From NCBI GenBank assembly GCA_902780455.1, contig CACZFO010000002.1:23493-87492 (forward strand): DNA of 64,000 bases, read 5' to 3'. Each line of letters begins with the position of its first letter. Within the stretch, counting starts at the first letter, position 1. Below are positions 57,701 through 64,000 of the stretch, piece after piece. The notes under the pieces were generated by a model, which worked only from the letters and a program-made list of their open reading frames with translations, had not been told where the DNA came from and ran no database searches. Position numbers and translations under genes: made by a program. Origin of the DNA: an uncultured Bacteroidia bacterium. Its GTDB lineage: Bacteria; Bacteroidota; Bacteroidia; Bacteroidales; UBA932.

Positions 57701-60700
57701 ATGAAACGAATTACATTTGTTTTGGCGTTACTATTGTTATGTGTTGGGCAATTTGCTTTCGCACAGACAATTAAAGTAACTGGAACCGTTACTGACGCTT
57801 CTGACGGCTCGACTCTTCCTGCTGCAGACGTTATCGTAAAGGGAACCACTACCGGTGTTGCTACTGATGGAAACGGACAGTTCGTCATCAACGTAAGAAG
57901 AGACGCTGTTCTCGTTTTCTCATATCAGGGATATGCAACCCAGGAGATTGCCGTAAACGGCAGGTCTGTAATCAACGTTGCTCTCCAGTCAGATAACATC
58001 GCACTGGAAGACATTATCGTGGTAGGTTACGGTACCGGTAGAAAGATCTCCACTGTCGTAGGTTCTGCGCAGACAGTTAAGGCAAAGGCTTTGAAAGACA
58101 AACCAGTCATCAACGCTGCCGACGCTCTCCAGGGACAGGTTGCCGGTCTGCAGGTCTACACCTCTTCAGGAGACCCTTCAGCTACCGTATCAATGAGAAT
58201 CAGGGGTGTGAACTCTCTCCAGGCTTCTACTACCCCTCTGTTCGTACTTGACGGAACTCCTGTTATGAGTGATATTTTCAACACTCTGAACCCTAACGAT
58301 ATCGAGAGCGTTACCGTCCTTAAGGACGCTTCCTCAACAGCTATCTACGGTTCACGTGCCGCCAACGGAGTCGTTTACATCACAACCAGGAAAGGTACAA
58401 CTGAGAAACCTGTAGTAAAGCTTTCTGCCAACTACGGTATTTCCAACCTTGCAAGGAATCCGGTCAAGCGCGTCAACTCAGAAGAGTGGTTCAGACTCGC
58501 TGAAATGGTTAACCCGGATTATCTGACAGATGCTGACTTCCAGGCAACCAAGAAGTTCAGACTCGGCAACAACTTCAACACAAACTGGATGAAGTGGGCT
58601 CTGAACGAGAACGTTCCTACCATGGGTGCAGTCATTTCAGTTTCTGGTAGAACAAAAGTTGTTGATTACTACATCTCATTGACCGCCAACAGAATGGAAG
58701 GTATTGAGCCTCTGACTGCACACAACCGTTATGCAGCACGTATCAACATGAACGTAACTCCTACAGACTGGTTCAAGTTCGGTATATCACTCGGCGTAGG
58801 CTACCAGCAGTCAAGGGAAAACCCTTACAACTCAGACTACTCTTCCGGTAACCGTAACAACTGGAACAACCCTGTAAACTTCGCTCTCTGGGCACCTACA
58901 TGGTGGACTCCTTACAAGATCAATACAGACGGTGCCGGAAACTTCACCGGTTTTGGAGAAGAGACTCCTTATATGGCAGACTTTGGCGCATACAGCCCTA
59001 AGTACCGCTACAAGTATCTGAAGGTTAAGGACAATACAGTAAGGCTCAACGGCAACATCTACGAGCAGATTTCCCCTATCAAGGGTCTGACGATCAGATT
59101 TGCACAGGGTCTGGAAGGATATGACTACAGGTTTACCCAGCGCTTCCTCCAGGACCCTGAGAACTGGATTGCCAACTATTCTCCTTACAACAACACAGCC
59201 GGCCCTTACGTAGCTCATTCATTCCAGAGATACTACAGGTTGACTTCTACCAATACTGCTGAGTACAAGTTCCAGCTTGGTGGAAAGCATAACATCACTG
59301 CCCTGATCGGTCAGGAGGCTATCATAAACAACTCCACTTCATTCAGGGCTTCCGAGCACGGCCAGCCAGATGCACGTCTTGCAACTCTGGGCAACGGTAC
59401 GCAGTTCAACCAGCCAAGTGAAGGTTATTCACAGTACAAGTTCAACTCCATTTTCTCAAGACTTTCTTATGACTACAACAACAAGTACTATGTAGACCTC
59501 TCCTTCCGTAGGGACGGTTCTTCACTCTTCGGAGCAAACAAGAGGTATGCAAACTTCTGGTCTGCAGGTGCTATGTGGAACATCAAGTCTGAGAACTTCC
59601 TCAAGGATGTAGACTGGATTGACAAGCTGCAGCTTTCTGCAAACTACGGTACTGTAGGTAACTCCGGTATTGACAACTACCTGTCACACGCTACAGTTGC
59701 TACCGGTACTAACTACATGGGTACAACTTACTACATCAACAATTCAGGTAACGAGAACCTGACTTGGGAAACTCTGGAAAGCTTGAATATCGCTCTCGAT
59801 TTCAGACTTTGGAACAGACTGGAAACCAAGTTGGAGGTTTACCGCAAGAATACAAAGGACATGCTCCTTGAAATTCCTTGGTCTTATTCAACCGGTTTCT
59901 CCGGAGGTTACGGAAACATCGGTAACATGAAGAACGAGGGTATCGAGGCTACAATCACTTACGACTGGATCCGCAACGATAACATGTTCCTGCAGACCAG
60001 CCTGAACATCTCCTATAACAAGGACAAGATCACCAAACTGTTTGACGGCCGTGATTCATTCGAGCTCCCTGACTACGGTCTGAACTACTGTGTAGGCCAC
60101 TCAGCAGGTGAACTCTGGTATGTAAAGAGTGCCGGTATAGATCCTGCTACCGGACGTCCTCTCTGGTATGACAAGGATGGCAACATCACTTCAGTTTACT
60201 CAGACGACAACCGCGTGCTCCTTGGCAAGTCAAGATATGCACCATGGTCAACCGGTCTCCAGATTGACTTCAGCTACAAGAACTTTGCTCTCCAGGCACA
60301 GTTCTCCGGAATCTTCGGAAAGTATCTGATCAACAACGACCGTTACTTCTACACCAACTCCAACTTTGCAGACAACCGTCTTGCAAGCGAGCTCCTTACC
60401 AAGATGTGGACTACTCCTGGCCAGAAGGCTAAGTATCCTAATCCTCAGTATGTAGTAAATGACGAGTGCTTTGACTCAAGACTGGTTGAGAATGCATCAT
60501 TCGTAAGACTTAAGGGTGTTACCCTTTCTTACTCTCTCGGCAAGAACGCTCTCAACAAGATGGGCGGCGTACTTACAGGTGTAAGATTCTTTGTAACAGG
60601 ACGTAATCTCCTTACTTTCACCAAGTACACAGGTTGGGATCCTGAGCAGAACATCAACCTCCAGCTCGCTGTTTACCCTAACACTAAGCAGTATGCAGCA

Positions 60701-60721
60701 GGTGTTGAGTTAACTTTCTAA
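57701..60721 (+). CDS. susC: SusC/RagA-family TonB-dependent outer-membrane transporter
   Basis: 1006 aa with a signal peptide, a carboxypeptidase-regulatory-like domain (IKVTGTVTDASDGSTLPAADVIVKG), the TonB-box region DIIVVGYG and a terminal F. No N-terminal STN signalling extension is present. Confidence 0.92.
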   Translation: MKRITFVLALLLLCVGQFAFAQTIKVTGTVTDASDGSTLPAADVIVKGTTTGVATDGNGQFVINVRRDAVLVFSYQGYATQEIAVNGRSVINVALQSDNIALEDIIVVGYGTGRKISTVVGSAQTVKAKALKDKPVINAADALQGQVAGLQVYTSSGDPSATVSMRIRGVNSLQASTTPLFVLDGTPVMSDIFNTLNPNDIESVTVLKDASSTAIYGSRAANGVVYITTRKGTTEKPVVKLSANYGISNLARNPVKRVNSEEWFRLAEMVNPDYLTDADFQATKKFRLGNNFNTNWMKWALNENVPTMGAVISVSGRTKVVDYYISLTANRMEGIEPLTAHNRYAARINMNVTPTDWFKFGISLGVGYQQSRENPYNSDYSSGNRNNWNNPVNFALWAPTWWTPYKINTDGAGNFTGFGEETPYMADFGAYSPKYRYKYLKVKDNTVRLNGNIYEQISPIKGLTIRFAQGLEGYDYRFTQRFLQDPENWIANYSPYNNTAGPYVAHSFQRYYRLTSTNTAEYKFQLGGKHNITALIGQEAIINNSTSFRASEHGQPDARLATLGNGTQFNQPSEGYSQYKFNSIFSRLSYDYNNKYYVDLSFRRDGSSLFGANKRYANFWSAGAMWNIKSENFLKDVDWIDKLQLSANYGTVGNSGIDNYLSHATVATGTNYMGTTYYINNSGNENLTWETLESLNIALDFRLWNRLETKLEVYRKNTKDMLLEIPWSYSTGFSGGYGNIGNMKNEGIEATITYDWIRNDNMFLQTSLNISYNKDKITKLFDGRDSFELPDYGLNYCVGHSAGELWYVKSAGIDPATGRPLWYDKDGNITSVYSDDNRVLLGKSRYAPWSTGLQIDFSYKNFALQAQFSGIFGKYLINNDRYFYTNSNFADNRLASELLTKMWTTPGQKAKYPNPQYVVNDECFDSRLVENASFVRLKGVTLSYSLGKNALNKMGGVLTGVRFFVTGRNLLTFTKYTGWDPEQNINLQLAVYPNTKQYAAGVELTF

Positions 60722-60734
60722 AATCGCAGAGAAT

Positions 60735-62252
60735 ATGAAAAAGATTATATTATCACTTGCAGTTTTGGCTCTCCTTGTTACAAGTTGCAACCTGGATGAG
60801 CAGCCACAGGGAGTTATTCCAAAAGAAGGCTCCATCGTTACAGTGGAAGATGCAGAGGGATGGATGAGATACGAATACGTATTTCTGAGAGCCTATACAG
60901 CCGGCTCCATGATCTACACCTCTGAGATTGCTTCAGACTTCTTCAATCCTTGTCTTGACTACGGTAACCGCGAAGGTTCAGAGTACAGGTGGGACTGGAA
61001 TTCAGGCTCTCCTTTCGTAGACATCTGGGCAGGTGCTTACAGTGCAATCAACCATGCTTGCTATGCTATAGAATCTGTAGAAGCCATGGATAAGACATCC
61101 CTGGACGCAAGCCAGGTACAGCGTCTTAACAAAGTCCTTGGCGTAGCCCATTTTGTCAAGGCTTACTTCGGACTCAAGCTCCTTGAGTACTATGCTCCTG
61201 TTTACAACTCCGCCAACAAGGACAAATACGGTATCATGCTCGTAGACTTCCACAGACCTAGCGGTGACATCAACTCATACCCTGGAAGAAGTACCGTTGA
61301 GGAATCATACCAGTGGGTGGTTGACAATGCAAAGCAGGCCGAGTCTCTTATGACCCTGTACGGAGGAAAAGTTGGCTCAGAAGAACTCACAATTGACGTT
61401 ATCCACGCTTTCCAGGCAAGGCTTGCTCTTTACATGGGCAACTGGGATGAGGCTATTGCAAAGTCAACTGCTTTGGTTGACGGCGGGAAGTATCCTCTGT
61501 GCCAAGACCAGGCAGAAATGACAGCACTCTGGACTAACGATTCAGGACAGGAATGTCTCCTCCAGCTCTGGGCCAACGCTGACCAGAACTCACTTCCTAG
61601 CACCAATGACCCTAGCTACTACGGATACACTCCTTCAACAGGCCTGTACAAACCAGACTGGATTGTCAACAAGTGGGTTGCATCAGGACTCTATGGCACT
61701 GGTGACCTCAGGTTCTCTACTTGGTTCAAGACAGGCGTAACCGTTACCGTTACCATCGGTTCTGCTTCAGGCATTACCCTGATGAACAAGTTCCCTGGAA
61801 ACCCTTCTCTTGGCAATGAGACACAGCACCTCCAGAAGATCAAACCTTTCCGTATTGCTGAGCAGTACCTGATTGCTGCCGAGGCTTTCGCCCGGAAGGG
61901 CGGTGCTGATGCCGTTGCATGCCAGTATCTCGACAAACTCGGAAGCAAGAGAATCACTTCTTACCATGAGGTATCCCTTACAGGCGACGCCCTTCTGGAA
62001 TACATCAAGGAAGAAAGAGCAAGAGAGTTCATCGGTGAAGGTTTCAGATGGTTCGACCTCAAGAGATGGGGCCAGGGCATGTCTGCAAGACCTGATCCTC
62101 AGCTCAAGGCTCTCATCCACACCGGCGGATCAAATGCTGCCGCACTCAACCTTGCAGTTTCTGCATCCGACCACCGTTGGGTAGCTCCTATTCCAGTTGA
62201 CGAGCTTGCTGCCAACCCTCAGATCAGAGACCAGCAGAACCCAGGTTACTAA
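60735..62252 (+). CDS. susD: SusD/RagB-family nutrient-binding lipoprotein
   Basis: 505 aa with lipobox LLVTSCNL, TPR-like helices and the C-terminal motif RWFDLKRWG...IP..E...NP. Confidence 0.9.
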   Translation: MKKIILSLAVLALLVTSCNLDEQPQGVIPKEGSIVTVEDAEGWMRYEYVFLRAYTAGSMIYTSEIASDFFNPCLDYGNREGSEYRWDWNSGSPFVDIWAGAYSAINHACYAIESVEAMDKTSLDASQVQRLNKVLGVAHFVKAYFGLKLLEYYAPVYNSANKDKYGIMLVDFHRPSGDINSYPGRSTVEESYQWVVDNAKQAESLMTLYGGKVGSEELTIDVIHAFQARLALYMGNWDEAIAKSTALVDGGKYPLCQDQAEMTALWTNDSGQECLLQLWANADQNSLPSTNDPSYYGYTPSTGLYKPDWIVNKWVASGLYGTGDLRFSTWFKTGVTVTVTIGSASGITLMNKFPGNPSLGNETQHLQKIKPFRIAEQYLIAAEAFARKGGADAVACQYLDKLGSKRITSYHEVSLTGDALLEYIKEERAREFIGEGFRWFDLKRWGQGMSARPDPQLKALIHTGGSNAAALNLAVSASDHRWVAPIPVDELAANPQIRDQQNPGY

Positions 62253-62276
62253 TGGATTATTAACTTAATAAATAAG

Positions 62277-63158
62277 ATGAATATGAAACTTGTTAAATAC
62301 GGATTCGGATTATTGCTTTCTGTATTGTTCGTAACATCTTGCGCAACCAAGTTCCCTGATTACAAGCTCGTAAACGAAGATGTTTCCTGGGAAACCGATG
62401 CGCTGGGTTTCGGTATGGACGAGGATGAGACACCTGTTGTCATCAAGATACAGAGAGGTATTGCTAATGAGGCTTTGGAAGTTCCAATTACCCTCACCGA
62501 CGAAAACGGCGTTTACAAAATTTCCACTACGAAGGTTACCTTTGCTCCTGGAGAATTTGAAAAGACCGTTACTCTGAGCTATGATTATTCAACTCTGGTT
62601 CCTGGTATTGAGTATATCTTCAAGCTCAGCTTCAATGATGCAATGGCCGGTCACGGATGCTTCAGCACAGTAGAAGGCAACGGAAAGATGCTCCTTGAGT
62701 ATGAAGACTACATGGATGGCTGGTATTCAGGAAGATATGAAGTTGACCTCAGTATTATGTCATTCGTCCATCTTGACGGTCCTATAGTAAGTGACCTCGA
62801 CAGTGATACCTGGAAACTCATGAGAGCAAAAGGTACTACAGCTTACTACAAGATGGTTATCTATGATGAGAAAGCCTATCTTGAATTCAAGAACCCTGGC
62901 GACGGATCATTCGTAATGGATAAGTATTCCGGTTACAATGATTTCGTATCCAAGTTCTCTGGTGGCAAGGCTGAATACGATTTCACCCACAAGGGCAATG
63001 CATATCACTTTGAGACCAGATACGGCAGATCAGAAATTGTCTGCAGCGGTGAGGAACTCGCCAGCGGCGACTACATCGAGCTCGAAGGATGGGTATCCAA
63101 GAATGGCAAATGGTTCAGTGGCGGTTACAACTGCTACATAGACTATGACGTTAAGTAA
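62277..63158 (+). CDS. Lipoprotein of unknown function in the SusE/F position of the locus
   Basis: 293 aa with lipobox LFVTSCAT (alternative start 62283). I recognise no motifs. Confidence 0.6.
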   Translation: MNMKLVKYGFGLLLSVLFVTSCATKFPDYKLVNEDVSWETDALGFGMDEDETPVVIKIQRGIANEALEVPITLTDENGVYKISTTKVTFAPGEFEKTVTLSYDYSTLVPGIEYIFKLSFNDAMAGHGCFSTVEGNGKMLLEYEDYMDGWYSGRYEVDLSIMSFVHLDGPIVSDLDSDTWKLMRAKGTTAYYKMVIYDEKAYLEFKNPGDGSFVMDKYSGYNDFVSKFSGGKAEYDFTHKGNAYHFETRYGRSEIVCSGEELASGDYIELEGWVSKNGKWFSGGYNCYIDYDVK

Positions 63159-63179
63159 TACTTGACGTATATCAGAGAT

Positions 63180-63210
63180 AAGGCTGGCCTCCGGGTCAGC
63201 CTTTCTTTTT
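63180..63210 (+). terminator. Hairpin plus T-run after the SusE/F-position gene
   Basis: A 10-bp stem aaggctggcc/ggtcagcctt (one G-U pair), a tetraloop, then tcttttt. Confidence 0.6.
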
Positions 63211-63225
63211 AGCTTGTTCCCATCG

Positions 63226-63257
63226 TTTGTGATTAGGCATTATTATTGTTATATTTG
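63226..63257 (+). promoter_or_regulatory. Consensus Bacteroides promoter for the BACON lipoprotein gene
   Basis: -33 TTTG (63226-63229) and -7 TATATTTG (63250-63257) with a 20-nt spacer. Confidence 0.6.
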
Positions 63258-63299
63258 TCATAATATTCGCGAATTTAAACGGACATAAAGTATAACAAA

Positions 63300-64000
63300 A
63301 TGAGAAGAACACTAAGAAAGACATGGCAGCTTGCCATCATGGCGGTGCTCGGAATAGTTTCACTGATTTCTGTATCTTGCGGAGGAGGCAGTAAAGGCGA
63401 CAAGCCGGGTCCTGCTCCCACAACTGAAAATTTAAGTGTCAGCCCGTCAACCCTTTCACTGGCTGCCGGAGCTTCCGGTCAGATCTCGGTCACTTCAAAT
63501 GTTGCATGGACAGTAAGCGCTCCAAGCGGATACACTGCTACCCCAACCAGCGGAAGCAACAACGGTACAATAACCGTAAAAGCTTCAGCCACGGCAGCAG
63601 GCGGAACCCTCACCGTCAAGGGAAAGAGCAAGTCTGCTAGCGTTACCCTGACTTCTACTTCAGGAACCATCACTCTTGAACCTGAAAGCATTTCAATACC
63701 GTCTGAGGCCACAGGTGTAACCTTCAAGATCAACTGTTCAGGTACATGGAGCGTAACGCTGCCAAATCCTAAGCCAACCTGGCTTACAGGAGTCACTCCT
63801 TCTTCAGGTACCGGGAATGCAACAGTTACCGTCAATACCGGCAAATACTTGGAAAAGACCAAGGATCAGACATTCCTTACCATCAAGAGCGGAAGCAACA
63901 CCAAGTACTTTACCATCACCAAGGAAGCTGCAAAGAACAATCCTCCTTCCAAGCCTACAGGCCTGAAACCTTCAGGAAGCAATGTGGAGACCATTACAAC
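63300..64000 (+). CDS. BACON-repeat surface lipoprotein, N-terminal part only (runs off the window)
   Basis: Hand-translated with no stops to the window end: MRRTLRKTWQLAIMAVLGIVSLISVSCGGG... There are two BACON-like repeats (NVAWTVSAPSGYTATPTSGSNNGTITV; GTWSVTLPNPKPTWLTGVTPSSGTGNATVTV). It is absent from the ORF track because it is open-ended. Confidence 0.75.
   Translation, partial: MRRTLRKTWQLAIMAVLGIVSLISVSCGGGSKGDKPGPAPTTENLSVSPSTLSLAAGASGQISVTSNVAWTVSAPSGYTATPTSGSNNGTITVKASATAAGGTLTVKGKSKSASVTLTSTSGTITLEPESISIPSEATGVTFKINCSGTWSVTLPNPKPTWLTGVTPSSGTGNATVTVNTGKYLEKTKDQTFLTIKSGSNTKYFTITKEAAKNNPPSKPTGLKPSGSNVETIT

Noticed and set aside
63479-63862. 127-aa minus-strand ORF.
   Set aside because: It is antisense to the open-ended BACON lipoprotein frame, which has a lipobox and recognisable BACON repeats.

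Overview
This is a Bacteroidales-type chromosomal segment. The evidence is SusC/SusD genes, the Bat aerotolerance operon, TTTG/TAnnTTTG promoters, and about 50-57% G+C in core genes. No searches were run; all calls rest on reading the ORF translations, motifs and nucleotide patterns by eye.

Most of the window is ordinary housekeeping sequence:
- moxR-DUF58-orf-batA-batB/C-batD aerotolerance operon (minus strand, 1-6.7 kb)
- truA, exbB-exbD-tonB, an M64 peptidase, era, and an rluB-type pseudouridine synthase
- an FtsX-type permease, parC, aroK, recJ, lysS, a SpoU methyltransferase and aroE
- ssb, purA, three paralogous MFS transporters and dxs
- the classical tRNA(Thr-Tyr-Gly-Thr)-tuf-tRNA(Trp)-secE-nusG-rplKAJL-rpoBC block
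- a TlpA-like thioredoxin lipoprotein and murI-hppA-manA
- the start of a SusC/SusD locus with a BACON lipoprotein

The one clearly accessory stretch lies between aroE and ssb (23.3-30.0 kb). It holds four fimbrillin-like surface lipoprotein genes. Each is immediately preceded by its own 41-45 codon, strongly acidic micro-ORF. The four micro-ORFs share a fixed framework (Y-x-x-P, then 11-12 residues, then [IL][LV]-x-x-[ST], then a variable acidic tail). The first two units share a leader that is more conserved than their coding sequences, and there is a low-G+C mosaic patch. I consider this repeated micro-ORF plus lipoprotein module the best candidate for an undescribed system; its function is unknown.

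Other points worth a second look:
- an in-frame BatB-BatC fusion with an internal signal peptide
- coding tandem repeats in batC (12 nt) and in rluB (39 nt x 10)
- two unrelated tandem-repeat arrays (26 nt x 6 and 8 nt x 14) on either side of a 17-bp terminator between tlpA-like and manA
- perfect inverted repeats in two intergenic regions

No transposase, integrase, CRISPR array, toxin-antitoxin pair or recognisable defence genes were seen.
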